Source: Eledone cirrhosa
Taxonomy: Eukaryota
Reading direction: 5' to 3'
Assembly (NCBI GenBank): GCA_964016885.1
Contig: OZ024742.1
Coordinates: 57,970,001 to 58,034,000 of the forward strand
Length of the DNA: 64,000 nucleotides
The translations under genes and the position numbers were made by a program. The notes below the pieces were generated by a model. That model was not told the DNA's origin and ran no database searches. It saw only the letters and a program-made list of their open reading frames with translations. Positions within the stretch are counted from its first letter, which is position 1. Each line of letters starts with the position of its first letter. Below, piece after piece: positions 42,085 through 54,221 of this stretch.

Positions 42085-42370
42085 ATGTCCCATCCCACCC
42101 ACCCTTCCACTGTATAGTTGTGGTATAAGTATCATGACGAAAAGCACCCCAGCCCACTCTGGAAAGTGGTTGTGTAGGTGTTACAACAAAAAGCACTCAA
42201 TACTCACTGTAAATGAGGTTGGCATTAGGAAGGACATCCAGCTGTAGAAACCAAGCCAAAATCAGTTATGTATTAGCAAGGCATGGTCACCTGACCTAGC
42301 ATTGCCCACAACAGGACAACTTGTCTAACACATGCTAGCATGGAAGAATGGATGTAAAACGGTGATGATA
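42085..42370 (+). mobile_element. RTE 3'UTR fragment
   Basis: Matches 38520-38790; ends ggatgtaaaacggtgatgat. Confidence 0.75.
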
Positions 42371-43516
42371 TATATATAATGAAAAAACAATGTTATCTTT
42401 GATCGAGACGAAGCAAGAGTGTATTTGAATACATATAAAAGCGAGAAAACTCATTGCTAGAACAGCTGTTAAAACAGCTAAATGCTGTCAAAGACAGCAA
42501 TGGGCAAAAATGCCTCAGAGGACAGAGACCAGCAGCCAGTGGTAAACAGAGAGACAATCCACAAGGTGGGTCACAGGCAGTTGAAATATAGAAAAGATTG
42601 GAAGAGGAGGAAGACAATGAGAAGTGTGTTGGCGCACTTCTTGTCCTCCTCTCTCATAATGTAGTGATGGGGGTCACCATTATGTAGCGAATAGATGTAT
42701 TCTTTGCAGGATGAATGATAAAAAGAATGATGTTGTTGACAACGTTTATTTTGTAATAATAAAATTCATTTGTTGATACATTGAATATTGAGTAATAAAA
42801 TTGTGACAGTAATTATCACTACATTAATTGTCTTACTAGCTACTTCGAGCTAGTGTAAATGCATGTATCAAATAAAACGATGCAGTAGAGGTTGTGTTAT
42901 ACTTTTCAGTAGTAGAGAAATGACAAGAAGTCGAAAGGATAGATAAAGTGTAGTAGGGAACAATATAAAGAAACCTACTGGTGTGTGTGTGTGTTTATCC
43001 TTAGCATACGTAGTTTCTGTAGTAGCAGACAATCTGTCGAGCGAGTAATTGTGAGAGGATATAAGGTAGAAGACTGATTTCGTGAAGAGAATCTATAGCG
43101 TTAATAGAACTGTTCTTCTGTCGTCTGAAGTAATAACTATCTCTGGTTCGGTTCTCGAAGCGATTGTATTTATAAGAACACTATAGCTAGAAGGATGTGT
43201 ATATGGTTTTTGAAACAATAGTGGCCATGTGTCTATCGTCTGTCAAGTGTCTGGGGTCACAAGTCAAGTGGTATATACGTTTATCATAGTTGTCTTTTGA
43301 CAGGACAATGGTAAGAATACCTAACAATAGGTGGTTTTAGAGGCGAGAAATTTTTGATTCGATTTCGAATTTCTGCCAGGTAAAACATAGAAGAATTCCG
43401 TTACAGGACACTGTTTTATTTTGTCCCGTGTAAATGAATATACATGTCGTCTCCTGCTTTTTTTAAAAAACTGATTATTTTCTTACTGCCAATATGTGCA
43501 TATATATCTAGCAAAA

Positions 43517-43800
43517 GCCTGTGGTTTAGTGGTTAGGGTGCTAGTCTCTCGAAAGGTCGTGAGTTCGATTCCCGGACTGGACGGCGCGTTGTGTCCTTGA
43601 GCAAAATGATTTATTTCATGTTGCTCCAGTCCATATACAGCTGGCAAAAATTAGTTGTGCCTGTAATTCAAGAAACCGGCAATGCTGAATCTCATTGAAA
43701 CTACATTAAGGGTGCAAATGTCATTTACACGTTAATTTCACGAGCAGGCAATTCCATTTATTAAATCAACTAGAGCAGTCATCGTCGGAGATCCAACTAC
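43517..43800 (+). mobile_element. tRNA-derived SINE
   Basis: tggtttagtggttagg (A box), gagttcgattccc (B box), gtgtccttgagcaa...ttgctccagtcca core; 3' part shared with 27430-27620. Confidence 0.8.
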
Positions 43801-44533
43801 AACTCTCACAGCCACTAAGTCATTTACCGATTACTTCCCATTTCAAATTGTTCATTCAAGATTTGGGATGGTTAAAGATGAGATATTCGATCAATTATTA
43901 ATTATAAACAATATTTCGTAATTTGATACTATCATGTCAGAAAATCAAAAGAGAGATGTGTACGTATATACGTACCTGTGTGTGTGTATTTGTGTCAGCG
44001 TGTGTATGAATATGGTTGTATGAGTGAGTGTGTTTTTATTAGCGTGTGTATGTGTACGTTTATGCGAGTGTGTTTTCATCAGTGTATGTATGTGTGTTTT
44101 TGTCAGCAAATGTATACATCACTTTAATGTCTGGTATTTTATATACACAAAGTGAAACATCCCCTCCCCCCAGAAAGGAAAAATAAAAACAATACTTATA
44201 AAAAGCGAGAGAGAGAAAGAGGAGAAAGAAATAGCTAGATAAAGAGAGAAAGAGAGCATAATTGACAGTTACCATAGCAACTAGAAGCGGTGCGTGTATT
44301 TAAAATACCGCCTATCTGTTTATGATCAAATGTTTTGTTTATTTCTTGTATTGAAGCTAACTACAGCTATTAATTGATTCTCAGCAATTATTTTGAATAA
44401 TATTCTAGAAAATCTTAAATAAATTCTGTTATATATACATTTAAAAAAGAAAACTGCTAAATATTTAACGTGAGTAACATTATAATAAACCACCTTGTTG
44501 TCGGAACTAAAGGAACTAATATTTACTTTCACA

Positions 44534-44594
44534 ATGGAAGAAAACGTCTTAGAAACGATGCAACGTATAACATTTTCGGTTGTGAAATATTTAG
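44534..44594 (+). CDS. TPGS2: Tubulin polyglutamylase complex subunit 2, coding exon 1
   Basis: acaATGG start; MEENVLETMQRITFSVVKYL-E resembles vertebrate LEKLTLGITRIL-E; donor TAG|gtaaat, phase 1 fits the next exon. Confidence 0.72.
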
Positions 44595-45104
44595 GTAAAT
44601 TTTCATCAACAACTCTCATTGCCATTAATTAACCACGTATGTCAAATGTTGTAAAGATGATATATTCTTTTACTGGTTTCAGTAATTAGACTGTGGCCAT
44701 GCTGGGGTACTGCGCCACACAGCGTAAAATGTCGTCTTTAATTAATATTTTTTATATGTTACCTACGTAATTATGTGTATTATACAAAGCATATAAATAA
44801 ATTTACAGTAGAATAACATAACAAATATGTTTAAAATATATACATAAATAACATTACAAATGCTTAGATAACATTATAAATTACTCGCGATTCTTTCAGA
44901 AGGATATATTCTTTTAATGTTGCAGGCAGTATCGGTAGAGGGTCAGAGGCCATGCTTTGACGCATAGAGTTACGGGCCTTTCCATTCTGAGTTCAAATCC
45001 AGCCGAGGTTAACTTTGCCTTTCATCCTTACGGGGTCGATAAAATAAAGTACCAGTAATGTACTGGCCTTGTGCCAAAAGTAGAAACAAATATTAAAGAA
45101 AATG

Positions 45105-45352
45105 TAATGGAAGGGGTGGACAGCCGAGCCAACACCAGCGTCGCGAGGAGTCCCGAGCAACCTCTCTAATGATTTTTGAGACAAGCCAGCACACTCGCAG
45201 CGTTGCCTCGAGTGATGGCGAGGCTAATGCGCTGGAACAACAAGCGCCCTGGCGAGCCGCCAGTGAAGAGAGGAACATCGCATTCAGCGGCCCGACTCTC
45301 CCAAACGCCTCGAAAGTCACAGGCTGAAAAATGTAGCTGGCCGACAGATCAC
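45105..45352 (-). mobile_element. 3' fragment of a CRE-like (restriction-like endonuclease) non-LTR element
   Basis: GC-rich island; DLSASYIFQPVTFEAFGRVGP..FLSSLAAR resembles the CRE RLE C-terminal F-x-P-x-x-x-E-x-x-G motif. Confidence 0.5.
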
Positions 45353-45501
45353 ATACACACATTTTATATATATATGTAGAAGGTGAGTAATATTGTAGAA
45401 CAATAAAACTATGCATATATCAGATAAGTAACACACAGCAGATGGTAGAACTGGAGTATATATTAAAGAAGAAATTAAAAGATGGTTAAAAAAGTTCCAT
45501 A

Positions 45502-45571
45502 TATTTTATTATGCGCATTTCGAAAACAATTTTTGTCCCAGGATGATGTTGTGCTCTCATCAGATAAAATA
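45502..45571 (-). ncRNA. Type I HHR, left arm of inverted pair 45457-45573 / 45911-46020
   Basis: Reverse strand: tattttat CTGATGA gagca...tgttttc GAAA TGCGCA TA ataaaata. Confidence 0.8.
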
Positions 45572-45579
45572 ATGTAACA

Positions 45580-45662
45580 TATATATGTTACACTATTATA
45601 TATGTTACACTATTATATATGTTACACTATTATATATGTTACATTATATATGTTACATATAT
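45580..45662. repeat. ~17-19-bp minisatellite (atatgttacactattat)
   Basis: Direct reading; about 5 units. Confidence 0.85.
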
Positions 45663-45912
45663 ATGTAGACTGGACACTTTCTTGTTGACAAGAGTTTTTT
45701 TAGGCCTTATATCATGTTACATTATTTGGTGGATTGGCAGTATCGGTAGAGGGTCTGACGCCATGCTTTGCTGCAAAGAGTTAAGGGCCTTTATGGTCTG
45801 AGTTCAAATCCCGCCGAGGTTAACTTTGCCTTTCATCCTTACGGCGTTGATAAAATAAAGTACCAGTAATGTACTGGGTAATTGCTGGCCTTGTGCCAAA
45901 AGTAGAAACAAT

Positions 45913-45979
45913 TATTTTATCTGATGAGAACACAATTTTTGTCCCAGGATGATGTTTTCGAAATGCACATAATAAAATA
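45913..45979 (+). ncRNA. Type I HHR, right arm; sense to TPGS2 intron 1
   Basis: tattttat CTGATGA gaaca...tgttttc GAAA TGCACA TA ataaaata; AUA triplet ending at 45971. Confidence 0.78.
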
Positions 45980-46016
45980 TATGGAACTTTTTTAACCATC
46001 TTTTAATTTCTTCTTT

Positions 46017-46049
<33 letters not shown>

Positions 46050-46050
<1 letters not shown>

Positions 46051-47543
46051 AGAATTAACAACGAATATAGTGAAGAGTTTAGCGTAAAAGTTGGTGTTCA
46101 TCAGGGCTCCGTTCTTAGCCCCCTACTATTTATTATTACCCTTCAGGCTATAACAGTGGAGTTCAAGATCGGCTGCCCATGGGAACTCCTATACGCAGAT
46201 AATCTAATGCTCATAGCTGAATCAATGGCTGAACTAGAGAAGAAATTCCAAACATGGAAGCATGGCCTAGAATCAAAAGGCCTTAAAATTAACCTGTCTA
46301 AGACTAAAGTTCTAGTTTGTAGGAAGGAAAATAGGGCACCGGTTCCATCCGGGAAATGGCCATGCTCAGTGTGTAGGAAAGGAGTAGGTAGAAACTCCAT
46401 TTTATGTCCCAAATGCAAAGTATGGGTGCATAAAAGATGTAGTGGGATCACAGGTAAGCTAACTAAGAACATAGATTTTATATGTGGCCGGTGCTCTGGT
46501 GCAATAAGTAGCAGCAAGTGCCCACAGAATACTAGCTCATTCCATTGCACAGATGGTTCTATAGAAATAGTGGACACCTTCTGTGACTTGGGTGACAAAA
46601 TCAGCAGTAGTGGAGGGTGCTCTGAAAGTACAGTAGCTAGAGTCAAAACCGGATGGAAAAAGTTCAGAGAGCTTATACCACTATTAGCTGCTAAAGGGTT
46701 CTCTCTAAAAATGAAAGGCAGGCTGTATGATGCCTGCATACGAACAGCAATGTTACATTGCAGTGAGACCTGGGCATTGTGTGCAGAGGATATACGCAGA
46801 CTGGAGAGGAACGAAGCTTGCATGCTCCGCTGGATGTGTAATAGTAATATACGTGAACGGCAAAGCATAAACGAACTAAGGGAAAAATTAGAAATAAGAG
46901 GGATCAGATGTTGTTTACTCGAGAGAAGACTACGTTGGTATGGTCACGGGATGCGCATGAAAGACGACAGCTGTATAAAAAAGTGCAGGGCAATAAAAAT
47001 AGACGGTAGCCACGGAGTAGGCAGACCCAGAAAAACCTGGGACGACTTGATAAATTCCGACCTCACACACTTACACCTCTCCAAGACAATGTCACTGGAC
47101 TGTGATCTTTGGCGCTACACAGTAATACAGAAGACCCGCCTTACCTAAGTACAAAGTGAAGCCTACTACAGTCAGTAGGCACCTCTAACAACAATACACC
47201 CCCGTCCCACTACCCCCACCCCATCCACACCACCCCTTTCAATGTAAAGTTATGTTGGTACCACAACATCCAGTCCGAAACAAATGAGGTCGTGTAGGTG
47301 TCACGACAAAAACACACAGTCCACGCTGTAATGTGGCCGTGTAGGTAACACGGTAAAAACCTCCCAGTCCACACTGTAAATGTGGTTGGTGTTAGGAAGG
47401 GCATCCAGCCGTAGAAAACCCACCAGACAGTCCTATACGAGCAGGACAACAAATCTTGCCTCAAGTGGGAAAACTCCCGTCCAAACCCATGCAAGCGTGG
47501 AAGATGGACGTTAAACGACGATGATGATGATGATGATGATGAT
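46050..47543 (+). mobile_element. 5'-truncated RTE LINE, same family as 6209, in TPGS2 intron 1
   Basis: Open frame to 47148; catalytic motif mutated to YADN; 3'UTR; (GAT)n tail; (TA)n flanks. Confidence 0.93.
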
Positions 47544-48440
47544 ATATATATATATATATATATATCCCTTTGCTTTTCCGTTTATGTCATTGTGGTAAAT
47601 TTATCGAAAGACACCCTCGCCGATTTCCACGGCAATTTTTTCTTTTTCTTGTGCTATCAATTAAACTTATTTCCTAATATGGTCCTAAGGACATTTTCCG
47701 CCGGAAAAGGATAGGGAGGGGGACCCGCATACGTTTCATCCTCTCCTCCCTCCACCACCATCATGTTTTCGCTCGTTTTTTTCGTGTGCTAGCATCTAAT
47801 CTTATCTCGAACATGCAAAGGAATATTTTTTTCCTGGAAAACGGAGTAGAGAAGGGGTTTGATAAAATAAAGTACCATTAAAGTACTAGGGTCAATAATT
47901 GACTTTTCCCTATCCCCAAAATTGTTGGCCTTGTGCTGAAATTAGACATTTTTATCACTATTTAAAATGTGTTAGGGCGGTAGATTGGCAGTATCTGTAG
48001 AGTGTCGGACAATGTTTTGCGACATAAAGTTACGGCCCTTTACATTTTGAGTTCAAATCCTGCTGAGGTTAGCTTTGCTTTTCATCCTTATGGGGTCGAT
48101 AAAATAAAGTACTAATAACGTACTAGGGTTGATATTTCCTCCCCAAAATTGTTGGCTTTGTGCCTAAATCAGAAAACATTATGCACTGGGTAATTGCTGG
48201 CCTTGTGCCAAAAAGTAGAAACAATTATTTAATATGTGCTGGATTGGGATAATCTTTAGAACTTAGAACAAAAAGTTTTGTAACAATTGAAGTCAACTTT
48301 GCTCTTCATCTCTCCGAGGTCAATAAAAGAAAGTATCTGTTCAGTACTTTACCCCTCCTCCAACATTGTTGGCTTTGTGCCTAAATTAGAAACAATTATT
48401 GTTGTTTAAATTAATACTAATTTTAAATATCTATTTACAG

Positions 48441-48520
48441 AAAGCAAAACTGGTGTGTGTTGTGTGAAACTACACGAAAGAACTGGTACAACCAAAAAGA
48501 CTCTTTCTTCATGGGAACAG
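48441..48520 (+). CDS. TPGS2: TPGS2 coding exon 2
   Basis: tttacag| ESKTGVCCVKLHERTGTTKKTLSSWEQ |gtaaac; compare vertebrate ESSPGV...ISSWEQ. Confidence 0.88.
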
Positions 48521-48807
48521 GTAAACTATTAATAATAGTTCTATGAATCTCTTGACACTTCACCCAACAATCATCATCCATACACATAATATGCTCGAGT
48601 GGGCAGTCTTCTCTTGTGCACACTACATCCATTTAAACATTTTTTTCTATATACCCATTTTTTCTCTGAACTCATCATTTGTGATTCTTTGTTTATGCCC
48701 ATCCAGCTAAAAATGTTGACTTCATTTCTTCTCATCCTTCACACATCATCTGTAATTAATGCCCGTGTTTCACTACCACATAATTTCTTTTTATTTTACC
48801 ATTTCAG

Positions 48808-48895
48808 AAAAATTCTTGTTTACTACCCAATGATCTAAAGAATTATTATTTGACAACTAATGGAATAAAATTAACCTGGTCAGTCAAAATAGACA
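48808..48895 (+). CDS. TPGS2: TPGS2 coding exon 3
   Basis: tttcag| KNSCLLPNDLKNYYLTTNGIKLTWSVKID |gtaagt; compare KNNCVMPEDVKNFYLMTNGFHMTWSVKLD. Confidence 0.92.
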
Positions 48896-48960
48896 GTAAG
48901 TAATTCCATCTGTTCAAATTTCCCCCTTACATATTTATTGTGACACTTTTTCTTTTCTTT

Positions 48961-49392
48961 CATCATCATCATTTTACATCCGTTTTCTTTTTTCTTTTTT
49001 TTTTACCATGCTTGCATGGGTTGGATGGGTCTTTTCTAGCACAGCCTCTTTCCGCTCATAACATTCCTTCATCATCTCCTCTGTGAGGTTCTGCAATTTG
49101 AGATCAGCTCTAACCATCTCTGCCCACATTTTTCTTTGTTTTTCTCTGTTGCAGATTCACCTGGCACTTCTTCACTCAGTATTCCTCATCCATATGAATC
49201 ACATGTCCAAATCAGTGCATTCTTCACTCTTACACACTACATCTGGCTCCTCTTATACCCAGCTTTTCTCTCAGCTCATCTATTAACATTGCACATCCAG
49301 CAAAGCATGCTCACATCATTTCACTCCATGTCTCACTGCCATGCAACATCACACTTCTAACATAGGTATCATACAGTCTCCCCTTCACTCAT
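48961..49392 (-). mobile_element. Old degenerate RTE 3' fragment
   Basis: (CAT)n tail, ccatgcttgcatgggtt, and reverse-strand remnants of MLCWMCNV and HVIHMDE. Confidence 0.65.
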
Positions 49393-50096
49393 TTTTCTGT
49401 TTTCTCTGAGTTCAAATCTTGCTGAGGTCAGCTTTGCCTTTATTCCTTTCGATAAATAATGAAATAAGCTGCCCATAATCGTGAATTTGGAAGGATTTAG
49501 TGATAACTATCTTCTTATTAAGCTGGTGTTTGGAACATAACAGAGGTCCATATATAAATTTATGATGGAAAGTTTTTAGATAAATATTTAACTCTTTCAT
49601 TACTATATTTTTAATGAAAACAGCCTATGAATTTCAAATTATTTCGAAAATAAACAATTTAGTATAGTAGAACCAGTGATGGTTTCAGGCGATTAGTTTC
49701 AAAGATTCGAATTATGGTAAATTTATAGAACACCCCCCTCCTCGATATCAGCGGGAAATATTTTTAACTTGTGTTTTTTTTTTTTTTTTTTTAATGTGCT
49801 ATCAACAAAAAAGGAGGGTTTGCCCCCCCCCCAATCGCTCCCGCAACAGAGTTTTTTTTATGAATTTGTTTTTCGCGTGTTATCAACGAATATGGCCCTA
49901 AAACCAGTCGGAAGTGACTAGATTTGTAGAAACAGGAGGGTGAAAGGAAGCAAAAGACCATCGGAGCATCGCAGATCTACACACCTCTCGTGCTTGGTGG
50001 TAAATAATTATTTTTCCTCAATTTTTTTGTGTGCTATCAACTAATCTGACCTCATAGATGCTCGTAATAGTGTAATGGTCATATTTATGCTAATGA

Positions 50097-50790
50097 TTCT
50101 TCTTCTTGCTCTTGCTCAATGAAGCCGGAATCATCCCAAGCAAGCGATCCAAAAGCATCATCATGCGTAGAGCCAATCTGGTCCACCAGTACCCTCCATC
50201 GCTAGTGGTTCCCTGCCAGCTCCTCTACATCCTCCAAGATGATGTCGAGCCTCTGGAGATCTTCCCTGATGATATCCAGCCATCTGGTGTGGTGGCTCTT
50301 CCAGCCTGCAGCCGCTGTGTCCAACAAGAGTAAGGCTCTGGTAGGATGATCTGGTGGAAAGCAAAGGACATGTCTGTACCAGTGCATGCGGCGGATAGCT
50401 ATGAGACAGGAAATTGTGGGCTGATGCGTGTGAGCACGCAACACTTTGTTGGAAACGTGGAGGTCCCATCTGATGTTTTTGATGTTCCTCAGGGTTCTGC
50501 AATTCTAGCTGTCAATCCTCTTTGTGAGGGGCCACATTTCTGCTCCATAGAAGAACTTCGTCTTCTGGGAGATTGAGCAATGGCGTCAAAGGGGCTTTCA
50601 TAGGGAGTGCATGACCCTGGCAGCCAGACCACATCTGCGGTTGATCTTCGGGATCAAGGCTCCATTGCTGGTGACAGTCAAGCCCAGGTAAATGAAGGAG
50701 CTGAGACACTCCACAGTGTTGGGGCCAATATGAATTAGAGGTGAATCCAGACCATTGCCAACATGTATTAGCTTTGTCTTCGCCCAGTGA
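50097..50790 (-). mobile_element. Decayed RTE-clade LINE 3' part, distinct family with (AAG)n tail
   Basis: Reverse translations FIYLG, RRMHWYRHVL...HPTRALL, TRWLDIIREDL. Confidence 0.7.
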
Positions 50791-50904
50791 TTCTGGTGTA
50801 GATAATGATGATGTGATGATGATTGCCCTATTTATCGTGACGACGATGATGATGATGATGATAACATTTATTTATTCCCATCTTTTCTTATATGAATGTT
50901 GCAG

Positions 50905-51048
50905 GTTCCACCCCATATCCATTAGGACTGATATATTTACACCCTGTCGATGACATCCAGGAAATAGATGGAAAATTCAGGAAGGGTGCTGGGAAATCAG
51001 TGCCAAAAGAACAAGACACTGATTCAGAATCTGAAGATGAAGTTTCAG
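50905..51048 (+). CDS. TPGS2: TPGS2 coding exon 4
   Basis: ttgcag| STPYPLGLIYLHPVDDIQEIDGK...DTDSESEDEVS |gttagg; PLG motif and acidic end; phases 1/1 fit neighbours. Confidence 0.8.
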
Positions 51049-51314
51049 GTTAGGAAGATAGATTTTTCTCTTTGGCTGAAGGTGTGAGGCCTGATATAGT
51101 GCTATATGACCTAAATTGAGTGAAGATATGGCCTCATATAGGTGATGTGTTTTGCTCAAATGGGTCTGTTTTGGACTTTGTTTCTATGGCTGGATGCCCT
51201 TCTTAATATGAACCATGTTACAGGATGGACTGGATGCTTTTTCGTCATGGTACCAGTATAACCACTTTACAGAGTTGACTAGGTACTATATATATATATA
51301 TAGAGAGAGAGAGA

Positions 51315-52360
51315 GGTAGAACACTTGGAGGTAATCTCCGTAGTGGTAGAGCACTCAGTCCATGGGACGAGTTTGGTAGAAGTGGTAACACAACAGTTAG
51401 TTCACCATACCGAGAACAATTGTTTCACCTTAGCAGATCTTCAGCTCGTACTGGTCATGGTTATACGGAACAGGAAGAACAACCATATGAACGCGCATGC
51501 GCAGAAACGGCCCCTTCACCCAAGCGATACAAAGCTACGGGCGAAAGGTGTAAGGGAGATAACTGCGAAAGTCCGGAAAAGGAAAAGATGTTCGAGTTGA
51601 TTAGAAAAATAGAATGTTGTTGTTATTCCATCCGGAGCTTTGTAGTTATGCAAGAGGTGTTTCCAGATGTGTGGACAACATGAGAAGATTTCATTTTTTG
51701 AATTTAGGCAATCGCTATTGCGTAATCTCGTTAGAATATTTATCCTTTCTTCAATACACAGTCCACAAGACGGATTGCTCCTTGCGTATGGCTTGGACTT
51801 AGTGATGGCTTTCCATTGAATGGAGTAGTTTATACTTGAGTCCTTGAGAGACCATACGTGGCTCGCGAGTTTCGTGGATGATCGTTTGTCTGGGTATCTA
51901 AAGGTCGATTGATGGTTCAGGAAGCATTCCTTAAATCGGCCCTCCGCCATACCCACATAGAATTTGACCTCCTGTGGTTGATTTGGTTGGTTGGAAGTGA
52001 CTACAGCTCCATAAACTACAGCGGGTGTGTTGCATTGCTGTTGAAGGAGACAAGCTTCAGGCTTTCGGCAAGAGCACCCTGGTGGGGTGCCACTCTTAGG
52101 ACTGTTGGTGATGTGGGCCTTCATATTCTTAGCGCAGGAGTATCCTAGTTTTACTCTGTGTCTGTTAAAGATGGAGCGGTATTTGTGAACTATGGGAAAG
52201 TGTCTATCTAAGAGGGCTAAACAATTTTTTCCTACATTAGTTTTAACGTTGAGTGAGAAGGAAGGAGAGAACCAGATAGTTTGTCTATTGTTACGATTTC
52301 TTTTCTTATTGCTGTCAAATCCTATGTGGGTATGGCAGAAGGCCGATTTAAGGAATGCTT
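51315..52360 (-). mobile_element. 5'-truncated Penelope-like element (linker + GIY-YIG + pLTR) with a 39-bp 5' inversion, in TPGS2 intron 4
   Basis: CSC..C..C, VVYGA...FYVGMAEG, TKLASHVW, CGLCIEE, LNSKNE; 52322-52360 is an inverted copy of 51922-51960. Confidence 0.9.
51411..51448 (-). ncRNA. Minimal type I HHR in the pLTR
   Basis: Reverse strand: cgag CTGAAGA tctgctaaggt GAAA CAATTG TT ctcg; palindromic stem III ACAAUUGU; GUU triplet; weak stem II. Confidence 0.75.
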
Positions 52361-52808
52361 AAGTTATTCTTTTATGAAATAATTTTTATTTTATAAAGGA
52401 AAATAAAAAAATTTTAAATGCCATCATCATCATTGTTTAATGTCTATTTTCCATGCTTTCATGGGTTAGACAGGTTATGAGACAAGTCAGGTCAGGTGAC
52501 CATGCTTGTTCAGACTGATCTGTTTTTGGTTTGGTTTCTATGACCGGATGCCGTTCATAAAGCCTGCCATATATCAGTGTAGATTGGGTGGTTTTTATTG
52601 TGACACCAAAAGGACTATCTGACAGGGTGGACTGAGTGCCTTTTCATTGTGGTACCACCACCATTGCTAACAATCACCACAACCACCACCATTGAAGTAT
52701 AGGTTATTATTAAATCATTGTTTTATTAAAAATGCCATTGAAGAATACTAGTAATTCCTTGTTTCTGAGAGAATCTGATTACATTTCTAATATTCATTTT
52801 ATTATTAG

Positions 52809-52910
52809 GCTTAAAGAAACCATCTTTTACATCGTCTTGTAGAATATTTGAGTTAGATCCTTGTGCTGGATTTGGTAAGGTTTGCCTGGTTTACCAAAAT
52901 TGGCACTTAG
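52809..52910 (+). CDS. TPGS2: TPGS2 coding exon 5
   Basis: tattag| LKKPSFTSSCRIFELDPCAGFGKVCLVYQNWHL |gtaagt; compare EKPHFDSRSVIFELDSCNGSGKVCLVY. Confidence 0.93.
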
Positions 52911-53231
52911 GTAAGTTTATTAACATTTTGAAAACAAATCCCGTCATGTGTGTGGTGTCCTACCCTACAGGACATTCATATGAAAATAATTGACATAAAA
53001 TGATATTTGTCAATTAAAAGTGAAAATAAGATAATAAATAAATGTACACATTTGGTAAAAATTCAGCAATGCTTTACTGAAAAATACAAGGTATTGTAAT
53101 AATGTAAACAGATTGTTGATTAAATATGTGTGTGTGTTTATATATGTTCCACTGATTTGTGTAGAAATTGGTGTGAATAATAGTTACAAAAAGAAGTGAG
53201 TGGTTGAATGAAATAGTGAGCTGTTGAGAAA

Positions 53232-53762
53232 TAAGTCAAACATTGTTGGTACCATAATGCTAAGCTGATGTAATATAGTCATTGTTGGTACCAGAATACT
53301 AGGCTGATGTAATATAGTCAAACACTGTTGGTACCAGAATACTAGGCTGATGTAATATATTCAAACACTGTTGGTACCAGAATACTAGGCTGATGTAATA
53401 TAGTCAAACACTGTTGGTACCAGAATACTAGGCTGATGTAATATAGTCATTGTTGGTAGCAGAATACTAGGTTGGTGTAATATAGTCAAACATTATTGGT
53501 ACCAGAATACTAGGTTGATGTATTATAGTCATTGTTGGTAGCAGAATACTAAGCTGATGTAATATAGTCAAACACTGTTGGTACCAGAATACTAAGCTGA
53601 TGTAATATAGTCATTGTTGGTGCCAGAATACTAAGCTAATGTAATATAGTCATTGTTGGTGCCAGAATACTAAGCTGATGTAATATAGTCATTGTTGGTA
53701 CCAGAATACTAAGCTGATGTAATATAGTCATTGTTGGTGCCAGAATACTAGGTTGATGTATT
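53232..53762. repeat. 39/43-bp minisatellite (~13 units) in TPGS2 intron 5
   Basis: Unit ttgttggtaccagaatactaggctgatgtaatatagtca(aaca); starts at 53282, 53325, 53368, 53411, 53450. Confidence 0.93.
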
Positions 53763-53894
53763 CCAAACATTAGATCTTAGACAAATTATCAGTTTAGTTT
53801 CTATTGTTATTTAGTGAATAGATTTTTTTAATTAACCTAAATAAATTCTTTAAAAACACCCAATCCATTTTCTTTCTAAAATTTAAAGTCTGTC

Positions 53895-54145
53895 TCATGC
53901 CTGGAGGCTCAGTAGGCATGTGCTTGTCCCAGTTTCCTTGGAGTTAAGCAACTTAGAGTTCATGACTTCCTCCTGGCCAGGACAACAGACCATTTCAAGG
54001 TTAAACCTCCAGCTGCTGCTGGTACTTATTTTCAGCTGAGAATACTGGACCAATGTGAAATAAAGTGTTTTGCTTAAGAACACAACATAACTCAGTCCAG
54101 GATTTGAACTCATGATAATTGATAAAATTATTGTGAAGACCATGA
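53895..54145 (-). mobile_element. Decayed tRNA-derived SINE
   Basis: Reverse strand: gagttcaaatcc B box, gtgttcttaagcaaaacactttatttcac core. Confidence 0.65.
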
Positions 54146-54221
54146 ATACTTTTTCTCTTCCTTTTAAAAATTTTCATTTTCATTTGTAATATTTTTTACT
54201 GCTTAGTCAGAGAGTGTTGGA

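Noticed and set aside
42393-42700. Short ORFs upstream of TPGS2 as a divergent gene
   Set aside because: No recognisable protein motif or supported exon structure.
43517-43580. tRNA gene
   Set aside because: A/B boxes are present but there is no full cloverleaf, and it runs into a SINE core; the same applies to the other tRNA-like heads.
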